From positions 1-64,000 of the forward strand of contig CDLV01000005.1 of NCBI GenBank assembly GCA_001244265.2: a stretch of 64,000 nt of DNA, written 5' to 3'. Of the stretch, positions 13,316-26,287 are shown piece after piece. The notes beneath the pieces are model-generated. The model did no database searches. It was not told the origin of the DNA and was given only the letters and a program-made list of their open reading frames with translations. Position 1 is the stretch's first letter; each line of letters begins with the position of its first letter. The translations under genes and the position numbers were made by a program. Source of the stretch: Microbotryum violaceum. Taxonomy: Eukaryota.

Positions 13316-15826
13316 CGTCAGTGCTAGGCTCGGCTTCACGTTCGCGCGTGCCAACACCCCTGTCCCTCTCCCCACTCACTTTTCACTCGCACCACCTGAC
13401 AAGACTCGGCACTGATCGCACCACGCCGCAACTCGACCTCACACGCTGTCACATCGTTCCATCATCGTCTTTGGCACGATAAGCCTTACACCTCCACCTG
13501 AGAGGGCGTGATCACTTTCAGCAGCGTGCTAGCTTGCGTCGATGCATCGCTCGAGCGTTCTCGGTCGGACACGTGCTCGGTCACCGCACCGCCTCGATCG
13601 CCCACTCGCTACTCGACCGATCAGTGTAGTAAGTACTTCGCTCAGAACTACTCAGTTCGCGCCCCATTCGCTCACCTCATGTTTGTCGTTGCTGCGCATC
13701 ACTCTAGTTCAGATTGCGCGTTGGCCGACGCGCTGGCATCCGAGCTTGGCACCAAACCGCTCTGTGACTTGTACGACCATACTCTGCGCATCCCTCATCA
13801 GCACCATCGAAGAGATGCTCAGCTTTCCTGAGGTCTCGAATTGATGCACACATCACTCAATCCTCGTCGCTCCACCCCGAACACCACTGTCGACCTGTGA
13901 CGATCTCCGCCACCCCCACATTGTTCACTCGCGTCGTCAACGTCAGGCCAATCACACGAATGCAGTCACTCGCCGTCACATCTCTTTCTTGGTTGAGTCG
14001 AAGAGTCTCATCGACGCGGCAAGCTTGGGGGTTGTCGGAACAGCTCTTGCTCGACTCGGCGAATATTTGACCGATGCCCATCCGCACTTCGACCGACCGA
14101 ACCGACAAACCTTTGAAGCTCGGTCTCCCCCTGCCCGTGCCCATCTCATCACCACGACGTGCGAAGTAACAATCTGCTCGCCCCTCGCGACGGCCACCTC
14201 GACCGCCTCGACCATCAACCTTCCACCGCACTCGTGCTCGATCGCCATGGACTCACTGTCATCAACTGACCTGACCTACTCATCATGAGCGCCGACCCCA
14301 CAATCGCCCCCTTCTCGAATCCTTGACCTCACCTCGTCTTGATTTGTGTCGCCGCACCCAGCTCGACACTTCCCCGTGATCTTTGCATCCCCACCGGCGC
14401 ATTAGCTCGATCAACCAGGTCCCCAATCTGGTATGCTCTCCTCTCCAGCCCAGTCATCCTCTCCGCAAGTCCCGTCAATACTGAAACTACTGCAAACGCT
14501 CATCTGTCTTCCACAGCATTGCCCGACATCCCTAGCGAGCAAGATCGAACTCGCAGGTCACCCATCGTCAGCTTCCCACCGATTTGCTCCATCATCGCTC
14601 ACACCCGATTCCACGAGCTTCTGATTCGATCCTGCCATCACGAATACGACTTCTCCCGACCCGAAGTCCGTCATTTCCTTGCGATCAGCTTGACTGTTCT
14701 GCGCCGTTTTCGGCTGGCTCGGCACTCGAGCCACTTCATCGAGCAGCGTCGTCTCGACTCGGACCGTTCGGCACTCCGACGATCGATGATCAGCTGGACC
14801 CGTCCATCTCCCAGCCAACTTGCTTCGGCCATACTCGATGAACGATCAAGCCCCAACTGACATGTGTCCGCCTCGATGTGCCCACCTTGCCCAAATCACC
14901 ACTCCAACTCGTCCGGTCAACTCGAGCTTCAACTCGACGATACTTATAACGTCGACGATCCTATCTCTCTGACACCGTGTTTGAACGCGACCCGATACGC
15001 CAGTCGATACATTTCAATTCGACCGATTCGACTCCGACCGCGTGGCGCTAACCGCTGACATGATCGATATGAAAATTGTGATGGTGCTGTCCGTGGACGG
15101 TGTTGGAACATGATGTAGGAGGGCATGGGTACACGGAAGAGACGGTTTGTGATGTAATGCACGTGAACCCCAACATGAATTGTCACATCATCGTGTGAAC
15201 CCCAACGCGCATTGTCGCATGATCATGTGAAGCACAACTTCCATGATCGCTGACCGTCACCATCTCCGGGTGAGCGCTCGAACACGTGATCGTGTGGGCG
15301 GTTTATTGCTCCGCCAGCCCGAATACCGCTCCGATGATGGATATATGATGTGTCACGATGAACCGCATTCGATTATTTTCCATTTCGGAGATCGCGAGCG
15401 CTCTCAGTGGCCGAAGGCAGCAGGGGCCGCCGTTCTCTCAAATACCAGATGGCGCTCGCCCAAATCGCCCAAGCATCTTTGTAAGGATTTGCGCTCGACA
15501 GCGCGCGCAGAGCTGGCGGGCAGCTGGCCGGGGGATTTGGATTTGGATTTGAAAACTGCCCATATAAACAGGTTGAAAAACACTACTGAAGCTTCGGTGC
15601 TCTTGTCTGGTCTATGCAGGCTTGCTTTCGTTATAGCCGGGCCGCCGTAATCCCACCAAAGCTCGCCCCACTCCTGTCGTCGATTGCATCAGGTTCGCCA
15701 GGATGATGTTGATTGGTATGCGCGAAATTTAGGAGTTTGATCACAACGCGCAGTACGGAGTCTAGTATTGCATTCACATTCGTCCATAAAGGTTGCACAA
15801 CAGGAACGCAGATATCGAGCATGGTT

Positions 15827-18243
15827 CTACTTGCAAAGGGCATTGAAAGCCGCCTGGACATGTTCATACGACATCTGACCCGAGTTCCAAAGCGACGCAA
15901 GTTCTGGCTCTGTATTGATGGGTCTCACCCTGGCGAAAGACCAATCCAGCGAGCAATTTTGCTGCAGGACACTCAGAACCTTCTCCACGCCACACCAACG
16001 AAATGCGCATGCGTTCAGGAGCTCCTCGAAGCCGGGTTCCGTAGACAGCAAGAGTTTCCTGTTTGCTGCATCTTTGAGCTTCTTGGCATTCCACGCGTTC
16101 CAGATATCCGCGGCGTCCGGCTTCTCGAAAAGTCGCGCGTCGGCAGATTCAGATTCAGGTTGGAAAGCCGTACGGCACGCCACATAAAAGAATGATTCTA
16201 CATCATGCCAGCGCTCGTGCACCACACCCTCGGTTGCGGGGCTGAGCAGGAGTCGAGAGATGTAGGGTAGCGTGCCCTGTGGTTGATCATTGTACAGGGG
16301 AAGGATGGAAGGGGTTAGGTGAGACCAAGAACGTGTGAAGGGCTAGCAAGGACACGAGAAGAACGTACCGAGCGGCTGAGGCGACTCTCTTCTTCCGCCG
16401 TTCGGGCCTTCTTCACCGCCAGATTGTAATCAATCAACACTCCATCGCCTTTACGGTCCACCATGACGTTGCCATAGGACACGTCCCGGTGGATGAAGCC
16501 GTAATTCCAAAGCTGGCGATGCCCTGTCACGCAAGGCAAAGGGTCGTCAGTGTTGGCACACCCTTCAGCGCGCTGTCCCGCTCTGCTCTGAGCACTCACC
16601 CTCAATCGCACCCTCGAGAGCGCGCGCGAGCTGCTTCGCGTTTTCGAGTGTGGCGAGTGGGTAATAACGTTCTTCGTGAACGACGACCTCCCTGGCCCGT
16701 GGGTGCAACCGGCGAGGGATTCGTTGCCGGGTAGGAACATGGGGAGGGTCCTGTACCCGGTGCAAAAGACGCCGACCAGTGGAGCGAGCCCTCGAGGTCT
16801 CTTTTCTTGGATGAGTTTGCGGATCTCGGCCAAGTCCGAGTTGCGCGACTCCTCGACCCAGATGATCGTCATTGCGAAGGTCCTGATGTTGGCGCCTTCA
16901 GCAAGTTTGACCTCGTATGTCGACGTTGCGCGGCCGCACTCTCTTTGTCGACGAAAGATGAGCTCCTTGATCTTGACGTTGGACATTGTCGTTGCTCCCC
17001 GCTGAACTCGGAGGCCGCCGGCGGGAAGAAGTCGGGGCAGAGCGTGAACGGGCCGTAGCGGTCGTCGAGCGAGGTTGTGGTCGCTAGAATGCCGTTAAGC
17101 CGATCGCTGTGTTGGACGAGACGGTACAAGAACGTCGACAGCTCTCCATTCTCTTCGGTGACTGTTCTAGATTTGGTAGAGAACACCCCGCAAGCAGACA
17201 TCACGTAGACCTTGAGACGTTCGCCGCGAAGGGTGAACCCGATCGCATGTTCGCGAATCGGCGTTGCGAGGAGTGCCGACAACCGTCGGAACAACTGGCG
17301 CTCGGCGTTGGAGGTGCCGGCTTTGGTCTCGCCGACGGCGGCCACTTGCGTAAAGGAGCGTTTGGCCTGGTTCAGGTCCACCTTGTCCTTGTCCTTGACC
17401 TTGGCCGTGTTCGTGCTGTCTTCTTCTGCGTTGTTGTCCTCGTCGTGAGGCTGGCCCTTGCCGTTTTCGTTCGCGTTGGAGTTCACGTTGGTGTCGGGGC
17501 CCGCATCGGCGTCGAGTTTCTTGGCTTGCGGATCGGCGTGACTGGGAAGGGCCCATACATTCGGGAGGGTTGGGTCGTGCGCGACCGCAGCGTGGGTCAA
17601 GAGCACGACGTCGGCCGTCTTCTCGGTCGTCTCCACACGGTCAGGTGCGACGCTGATGTACTGGGCGAGTTCTGGCAGGCGACCAGTCGCCGGTCTCCAG
17701 TCTAGAGGTCCAACAGTAAGATAAACGGCAGTGGGAAGGCGAGTCAGCTCTCGAAGGAACATACACCCTCGATGTCAAGCGATCCAGGCGTCGACTCACC
17801 GTGTTGATGACACCTGCTATGACCTCGCCCAGCGCTTCTTCGGTGCCCATCTTGAACTCCTTGGGCCAGATCTTGTTAGCGAGCTCCTCAGCGGTCGGAT
17901 GGCCGAAGAAGTAGGCCTCGAGGGCCGCACAATGTTTTTGGTCCATCTGGACCGCTTCGGAGATCCTCTCGGCTCTGTCGGATGCTCGCTCGTGCGAGGC
18001 CGCCTCCCGGCGCGATCGTAATGGGGTCGATTGAGTCGACGATACCAAGGGAGAGACCGCGTCCCTCAGTTCGGCGAGGTCGTACGCGTTGGCGGTTGCG
18101 CTTGAGGTCGGGGCCGAGTTTGCAGCCGCTGAAATCGAGGTCGAGGGCGAGGGCGAGGTCGAGGCAAGAGCCTGAGCGGGCGAGTCGACGGCGTGTGCCA
18201 CGGGCTTCGCGTTCCTTTCAGCGATGCGCGCGCTCCTGCGCAT
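15827..18243 (-). CDS. FunK1-type kinase with N-terminal REase-like domain (copy F2); three apparent -1 frameshifts in C/G runs
   Basis: TADVVLLT..VGETKAG..ERQLFRRL; CGRATSTYEV; IHRDVSYGNVMV..LIDYNLA; GTLPYIS..HERWHDVESFFY. The start codon is inferred. Confidence 0.75.
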
Positions 18244-18971
18244 TGGCCCTGTCGACGCGCCGGCGCTCGGGCGCGCGAGGTTCGTGTGGCGCGGGCGGTC
18301 ACTGACTCGTATGACTGACGCCACTGGCCCACGCCCCAATTGGGGCCGTTGCAGTGACCGCCCGCGCCGACACGAACCTCGCGCGCCCGAGCGCCGGCGC
18401 GTCGACAGGGCCAATGCGCAGGAGCGCGCGCATCGCTGAAAGGAACGCGAAGCCCGTGGCACACGCCGTCGACTCGCCCGCTCAGGCTCTTGCCTCGACC
18501 TCGACCTCGCCCTCGCCCTCGCCCTCGCCCTCGCCCTCGACCTCAATTTCAGCGGCTGCAAACTCGGCCCCGGCCTCAAGCGCAACCGCCAACGCGTACG
18601 ACCTCGCCGAACTGAGGGACGCGGTCTCTCCCTTGGTATCGTCGACTCAATCGACCCCATTACGATCGCGCCGGGAGGCGGCCTCGCACGAGCGAGCATC
18701 CGACAGAGCCGAGAGGATCTCCGAAGCGGTCCAGATGGACCAAAAACATTGTGCGGCCCTCGAGAGGGCGAGGTCGAGGTCGAGGCAAGAGCCTGAGCGG
18801 GCGAGTCGACGGCGTGTGCCACGGGCTTCGCGTTCCTTTCAGCGATGCGTGCGCTCCTGCGCATTGGCCCTGTCGACGCGCCGGCGCTCGGGCGCGCGAG
18901 GTTCGTGTCGGCGCGGGCGGTCACTGCAACGGCCCCAATTGGGGCGTGGGCCAGTGGCGTCAGTCATACGA
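17917..18971. repeat. Inverted triplication of the 5' end of kinase gene F2
   Basis: 18306-18765 is an inverted copy flanked by two same-orientation copies (17917-18304 and 18765-18971). Confidence 0.9.
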
Positions 18972-19067
18972 ATCAAAACAAGGCCAAGCTCGGTCTATTA
19001 TGGGCCAACTCACTGTGGCCAACTTACTGTGAAGGCCCTGGGCGTGATGGGTTACGGGGCAGTGGGG

Positions 19068-19219
19068 GCTGGTCACCACTAGGACCGGTGGTAAACCGGT
19101 GGTAAGTCTTGAAGACGAGCAGGGAGTGGGAAGAGGGTGAGGGAGAGCAAGATGTGAAGCGATTTTTCCTTCGTTGCGGAATATCGAGACTCTGGTCGAG
19201 ACATCAGCTACCTGTCATG
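19068..19219. repeat. ~150 bp dispersed repeat, homologous to 26145-26290
   Basis: Shared GGCTGGTCAC...AAGTCTTGAA.ACGAGCAGGGAGTGGGA.GAGGGTGAGGGAGA...CTACCTGTCATG. Confidence 0.85.
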
Positions 19220-19856
19220 CAAAATGATTTCGCAACTCCCAACTTTGGACTCCGCCCGCCTCCTCCCAACTTGGAACTCCGCTCGCCTCCGCGCGCCTCC
19301 TCGTGGAACAACGGTCTTTTCTGAAGTGTTTGTCGGATTTTTACACCCTCTTTTCCAAAGATGTCGGCTTTTGCACATGCGCCTCAATATCTCACCAAAA
19401 GTTGCTCTGCATGCTCCAAAACTTGCTCAAAAGTCGTCGAAAACGCGTTCCGTTTGCGGGCGCGCGCGGCGCGGCCGATCGAACATAGCGAAAAACCCCC
19501 GGGATGGGGCGGATTGACTATGAAAGTGGCTTGCCGCATCTTGCCGCGCGCGTCGCTTCAACTGTCTTTGGCTGGTCTCCCAGCCTCTTGAAAAGCTTCA
19601 GCCTTCCTTGCATATTCGGTGATGGGCTCGTGACTCGCTTGTCAGACTTGGATTTTGCTGATTTTGGGCGCATTGTATCCGCGGTGTCGTTCTTGCGGCT
19701 TGTAGAGGCTCTACCGGCGGCATCCCGCGGGTCGGGCACGCTCCGAAGGACGTCAAATCGTGGCTCGGCATGTGCGCTCGTGGTGATAATGCGCTCGTCG
19801 GAAGCGAGATCCGCGGTTGAACGACACAAAGTCGCTGCGGTTGAACGATACGCAGT

Positions 19857-21612
19857 CGTCGTTCGGGCGACTGGTAGGCCAACCACCGCGAGCTCAAACC
19901 AAGGACTCGAATCGACCAGTCACCCCGCCCATCTCCGTAGGGTTGCAAAGTGATCCCTCATTTGATCCGTTGACGCCTGTGACTCGCATCTTCTCGTCCC
20001 CTCCTGCATCGACGGATTGGAGTCCTGCGACCTCGCCGCTCTCCGGCTCGGGCCTCCCGTCGAAATCGATCACCATAGTTCAAGATCGTGGGTTCGTGAT
20101 CAAGGCCAGCTTGTCGAGCGCGTACTGGTCTACGATGGTGCGTCACGCGCTCTACCATGCTGCTCCCGTCCTAGCCCTTGTAGCCCAGCTCACAGAAAGG
20201 ATTGTTTACTTCCTGCTCTTGTGCAGTCGTACACGGGCACAAGCCGCGTGGAATTGGTCGAGATCGGGTTTGATATCGTCTCTTCGGTTCCTTCCGACTC
20301 GCCCCTTGCGTCCCGTCTGCCGTCAAAGCCTTCCCCAGCGAGCGATTTTATTCGGGGCCTCCATCTGTCCGATGTGGTTTTGCGGTGGCTGTCCGAAAAC
20401 CCCCGGGAAGAGCTCAAGGACGATCGAATCCCCCTCGAACACTTGGATCGGTTCGAGCCCACTGCGGATCTTCTTCTGGAGAAGGAGGTCGGGTCGGGAA
20501 GTACTGCCGGAGGGTGGCTTGCGAAGGTGGTGCAAGTCAACCGACCTTTGTGCTCATCGGTCAAAGCCGAGGCACCCCTTGTTGATCACCCTGCTCCGAA
20601 CACGACGTACTTTCTCAAGCTCGTGACGTGTAGATACGTCGGCTCCGTCATCCGCGAGACGCTGTTTTACCAGCACGTCTTGCCTCACCTCCCCGAGCAT
20701 CTTCGAAAACATGTCCCGCAATACCACGGCACATATCGAAGGACGAATGGCAACGGATACGCCATGGTGCTTGAGAATGTGGGCAAAACGATGAACGAGC
20801 TCGACTTCTACGGATCGCCGGGCGAATTGTGGTAAGTTCCTGCAGGGCGGCGCACTGATCCAGCCATGTGCAAGCCGGTCAAGAGGCCGCGCGGATTCCT
20901 GACCCTCTGATTCTTTTTCTTTTTTCCACGGGAGGTGCAGGGAGATCGAGGCGGCTTTCAGGGAACTCGGCATCATTTACAATGATGTCAAGGCCGGCAA
21001 CATACTGGTTCGACCCAACAATGGCCCTCTTTGCTTCGTTGATTGGGGACGATCGTATCTCAAACTCCGAGTGTGAATCTTTTCTCTCCTTCTCCTTCTG
21101 AGGTCTCTGTTTTTCTCTCTCTTCTATGCTTGTTTTATATTTTGTACGCACTTTCCCTCAGGTTCATCTGCAATGCGCAACGCTCGTCATCTCGTTCATC
21201 TCGTCAGCGTCGTAGTTGGACTCGAGAGCACCCCGAGCTGAATGGACCTCAGCTCCTACCGGTTCGGCGAGAATCGTGCTTCTGGACGGAGGTTGAGGCT
21301 GGAAGGAGAGAGAGAGCAAAGGAGGAAATGATGGAATTAACCCCCCCTTCCAAGAAACAAGTTCACTCAGTCTTGAGTTAGGTAGTGGCCCCAGAGCCAG
21401 AGGCACGATGTCGCCTGATCCGCGGTGAGAATTTATGTTGTCGAGTTTCGTCGGCCCTCTCAACGACCGCACCACCCAGTGCAGCTCGCCCTAACCCGGG
21501 CTTGAACGAACATCCACGTCACCGAGCACTCGCCTCGAATCACTGCATACACGCAACATTGGGTGGAAAACTATTTCGACGACTACAACTTTGCGGCACT
21601 CGCCGAGGAAGA
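19857..21612 (+). pseudogene. 5'-truncated K-family copy K2 (kinase half, stop at 21076) plus 3' flank
   Basis: Corresponds to about 24290-26071; kinase exon in frame (ENPREELK); catalytic loop IYNDVKAGNIL. Confidence 0.85.
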
Positions 21613-21682
21613 CTTGGATGAGACCTGGGAGTAAGCGTCACGAACGACATCGGTGAGGGTAACGGAGGACTGCAGAGAATAT

Positions 21683-22510
21683 TTATTTCCTCTTTCCTTC
21701 CATCGAGGCCACCATCGCCTCAATTTTGACCTTTGACAAAGTCCAAAACTTGGTAGACAAGGAGCCAGTACTCGCTGTGTAGTTGAGGTGGTCACCAGTG
21801 GGGCGATGGCAACGGTGTTCTGCTGTGACCATGGCCTTGGGGCTGAAGTGGGAGACGTCGACGATGGTAATGCTGTTTGACGCTGTATCGCTGCAGGACC
21901 TCGCCAAGTGAGCCCAGAAGTTCGCTCTTACGACGATGTCGTACTCAAGCCACAGGGGCCAGCTCTTCGAGGTAGCGCGCATCGCGACTCGGGAAAAGTG
22001 TTGTAGAAACGCTTCGCCCGCGTTGGTTGTTTTGAAAATGACAGCCATCAGGGCGGCGTACAGGAACGAAGCCGGCTGCCACTCGTCGAAAGTGAGCAAG
22101 TGATCGAGCTGATAACCAAGCTGGAGAGTAGCCGAGCGGTCCTTGGTCGTGGCGAGAGAGATAGCCTGACCCAGCTTCGCCTTGATGCTGGCTCCAGGCG
22201 TGAACAGACTCATCAGGATCGCTTCTGGTCTGGCCGCGCTGGACGCGATGTCAAACAACTCCGACGAGACGGTGATTGGCGAGTCCGTGTAGGCCAAAAC
22301 CAAACTGGCACGAGAGTGGGACGTAGTCACGTTGTAGGAACTGAAAGACTTCATGTGGGAGTCCGATGCCCCTGCCTAAAATTCCTGTAGAGTTCGCGAT
22401 CGAATGAGGCTACTAAGTCCGCTCCGCAAGCACCACTGCACCAGCACCACCAGCACCACCGGGGGGTGGGGCGAGGTTCTCGCCGCCTCCGAGATTGATG
22501 TCCGGCATGG
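21683..22510 (-). mobile_element. Degenerate gag-like ORF of a DIRS/Ngaro-type retrotransposon
   Basis: [10 protein letters not shown]...QHFSRV...[16 protein letters not shown] resembles the W..YD..R gag motif of fungal tyrosine-recombinase retroelements; stop codons in the N-terminal part. Confidence 0.5.
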
Positions 22511-22843
22511 GTATGGAGATCGCCGCACTGCAGGTGGGACACTTGTTTGTGTTGAACAAAAGTGTGGGGAGAAGAGGTTTGTTGTCGTGGAAAGAAAAAA
22601 AAACTGGAATGTCGAGCGAGCAACAGGCGATGTTGCGAGCGAGAATAGTTGGTTCTAGTAAGAGGGAGTGATTCACACCGCACTCGCCTCCCGAATCGCT
22701 CGGCGCGCCCGTTGGTCGCCTTTGGCAACCGGCCATGGAGAATGGAGAAAAAAATCGGGGCGGTACCTGGCCGCGACCGCCGGGGCCCTCTTCACTTCCC
22801 GCGGTCCACTTGGGGCCTGATCACCTCCAGCATCTCGCTCTGT

Positions 22844-25512
22844 ATGGCTTCTTCCAACGAAACGACGCCAATTGTTTCCTCCAACTCTCGGCCACCAATG
22901 CTCACCCGACTCCTTGCTACTTGTGCTCCATCCAGCTGGTTTCTCCCGCCACCGCACCACGATGGAGTGTGTCACTCAACTGCCACGCGCGTTCAAGCCG
23001 AGGCTGGGACGACCGCCTACGATTGCGTCGCCCGGCTGGGAGGATTGAAATGGGACTCACCCGCGTCACCTGGCGCCAGGGTTCTCGGCTCTTTCTTCGA
23101 TATACTCGAGCAACACCCCTCATTGCTGGACCTGTTCCGCGAGAAGGTGGACGCCATCAGCAATGCTCCTTACAGCGAGATGCCTCGGATGAGCGAGCAC
23201 GAAGTCGAAATGTCGTTCCTTCGCCTGTTATTTGGCGGTCTAGATTCTGCAACGGCGGCGCTGCTTAACCATTATGCCGCGATCACCGAGGCCGTCGGAA
23301 CTTCTTCCGCTTCCGCATCGACCCGCTATTCGGTTCAAATGCGCGAACCTCAACGTGCTCTCCGCACGCAGGGCGATGCTGTCGTCTACATTCAACGCGG
23401 GGCTGGCAACGTCGTTTCAAGTATCTCGATCGAATACAAGCGGGACGACGTACATCACAGCTTGGCCAAGGTACGCCAGGAGGTCGCCCTCTCGCATATT
23501 CCCGCACTCGACCACGGGTCCCCAGTGCCACTTCAGAAACTAGAGGAAGAAGAGTCGAAGGGTGCAGATGCTGTGGCGACCAAGGTGAGGCATGCATTCT
23601 TGCAGGCTTGGACATACGCTTTCTCGATTCGGCCTCGAATATCTGCGTTTACTCATTTCATATTTTTCATGCTCGTGAAGGCCATCATCCAATGCGTCTC
23701 TAGCGAGAGTCGATTCTTTTTGCTGCTGTCGGTTCCGTTCTTCCAAATTGGTGAACTGGGTACGTCGTAGATTTGAACTCACCGAAACCTGTCGAAACTT
23801 TCCGGGCCCCACTGACGCATGCGATCATGCGGTCTTGCTTTGGCCATTCGCCCGCCCACAGTCCAGCACCAGTCGACGCATGCTGCAACGGCAAGCGATC
23901 CCGTAGCGTCGACCTCAGCGGCGTCTGCCTCAATCTCGGCTGCGACCGCGTACTCACCGGCACCGCCCCTCAAGGCCAGGTACAGCCTGGTTCTACAAGA
24001 ACTGGCCCGATGGGTAGAGCCCTCTCCGACGACCATGAACCCAGACGCGGCCGAAACACTTGGCGCTGATTTTCCACGACGGTCACTCATCGTGTCGTTT
24101 ATCGCCCTGGCTTTCACAGCCGTTATCGAAGTCCCTAAGCCGGACCAAGCCGTCATTGATACACTGCTCAATCCTCAATTTCAACCTCCGAATCTGCCTC
24201 GTCGTCGCTCCGATCCGGACTTGGACCCTAACTATGAACCCTCCCCGCGGGTCCAAAAAGCCTCGAAGACTTCGATCGAAGCCACCGGTGCTCGTCGTTC
24301 GGGGCGACTGGTAGGCCAACCACCGCGAGCTCAAACCAAGGACTCGAATCGACCGGTCACCCCGCCCATCTCCGTAGGGTTGCAAAGTGATCCCTCATTT
24401 GATCCGTTGACGCCTGTGACTCGCATCTTCTCGTCCCCTCCTGCATCGACGGATTGGAGTCCTGCGACCTCGCCGCTCTCCGGCTCGGGCCTCCCGTCGA
24501 AATCGGTCACCATAATTCAAGATCGTGGGTTCGTGATCAAGGCCAGCTTGTCGAGCGCGTACTGGTCTACGATGGTGCGTCACGCGCTCTACCATGCTGC
24601 TCCCGTCCTAGCCCTTGTAGCCCAGCTCACAGAAAGTATTGTTTACTTCCTGCTCTTGTGCAGTCGTACACGGGCACAAGCCGCGTGGAATTGGTCGAGA
24701 TCGGGTTTGATATCGTCTCTTCGGTTCCTTCCGACTCGCCCCTTGCGTCCCGTCTGCCGTCAAAGCCTTCCCCAGCGAGCGATTTTATTCGGGGCCTCCA
24801 TCTGTCCGATGTGGTTTTGCGGTGGCTGTCCGAAAACCCCCGGAAGAGCTCAAGGACGATCGAATCCCCCTCGAACTCTTGGATCGGTTCGAGCCCACTG
24901 CGGATCTTCTTCTGGAGAAGGAGGTCGGGTCGGGAAGTACTGCCGGAGGGTGGCTTGCGAAGGTGGTGCAAGTCAACCGACCTTTGTGCTCATCGGTCAA
25001 AGCCGAGGCACCCCTTGTTGATCACCCTGCTCCGAACACGACGTACTTTCTCAAGCTCGTGACGTGTAGATACGTCGGCTCCGTCATCCGCGAGACGCTG
25101 TTTTACCAGCACGTCTTGCCTCACCTCCCCGAGCATCTTCGAAAACATGTCCCGCAATACCACGGCACATATCGAAGGACGAATGGCAACGGATACGCCA
25201 TGGTGCTTGAGAATGTGGGCAAAACGATGAACGAGCTCGACTTCTACGGATCGCCGGGCGAATTGTGGTAAGTTCCTGCAGGGCGGCGCACTGATCCAGC
25301 CATGTGCAAGCCGGTCAAGAGGCCGCGCGGATTCCTGACCCTCTGATTCTTTTTCTTTTTTCCACGGGAGGTGCAGGGAGGTCGAGGCGGCTTTCAAGGA
25401 ACTCGGCATCATGCACAATGATGTCAGGGCCGGCAACGTACTGGTTCGACCCAACAATGGCCCTCTTTGCTTCGTTGATTGGGGACGATCGTATCTCAAA
25501 CTCCCAGTGTGA
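22844..25512 (+). CDS. REase-like plus atypical kinase gene, full-length copy K3 (-1 frameshift near 24842)
   Basis: ATG at 22844; 5 exons; QGDAVVYI..SIEYKR, Ser/Pro-rich linker, GSGSTAG..FLKLV..RETLFY..MHNDVRAGNVL..FVDWG; stop at 25510-25512. Confidence 0.8.
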
Positions 25513-26287
25513 ATCTTTCCTCTCCTCCTCCTTCTGAGGTCTCTGTTTTTTCTCTCTTCTATGCTTGGTTTTTGATTTTGTAGGCACTTTCCCTCACGTT
25601 CATCTGCAATGCGCAACGCTCGTCATCTCGTTCGTCTCGTCAGCGTCGTAGTTGGACTCGAGAGCACCCCGAGCTGAATGGACCTCAGCTCCGACCGGTT
25701 CGGCGAGAATCGTGCTTCTGGACTGAGGTTGAGGCTGGAAGAAGAGAGAGAGAACAAAGGAGAAAATGAAAGGTCTGCATGGAATGAACCCCCACCCCCC
25801 CCCCCCCCCCCCCCCCCCCCAAGAGACAAGTTCACTCAGTCTTAAGTTAGGTAGTGGCCCCAGAGCCAGAGGCACGATGTCGCCTGATCCGCGGTGAGAA
25901 TTTATGTTGTCGAGTTTCGTCGGCCCTCCACCACCCAGTGCAGCTCGCCCTAACCCGGGCTTGAACGTACATCCACGTCACCGAGCACTCGCCTCGAACC
26001 ACTGCATACACGCAACATTAGGTGGAAAACTATTTCGACTTTTTCAATTTTGCGGCACTCGCCGAGGAAGATGGCAATTCCTATCCTCTCGGGTCGATCA
26101 TACTCGTGTTCATCCGCCCCATCGTCTGTCCGATTCCAGTGGAGGCTGGTCACTCCCGGTGGCAAGTCTTGAATACGAGCAGGGAGTGGGAGGAGGGTGA
26201 GGGAGAACAGGATTTGAAGCGACTTTCACTTCGTTGCGAAAGGTCGTTGCGGAAGGTCGAGACTGGTCGAGACCTCAACTACCTGTC

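Noticed and set aside
13400..14900. Degenerate retroelement gag or other gene relic
   Set aside because: Looks like decayed coding sequence, but I found no motif I could name with confidence.
15162..15238. Three degenerate ~33 bp repeats (GTGAACCCCAAC...)
   Set aside because: Real but short and not assignable; probably part of a decayed TE.
25791..25820. ~30 nt poly-C run as a functional G-quadruplex or telomeric feature
   Set aside because: The homologous position in K2 (about 21341) has only 7 C; simple homopolymer expansion or uncertain base calling.
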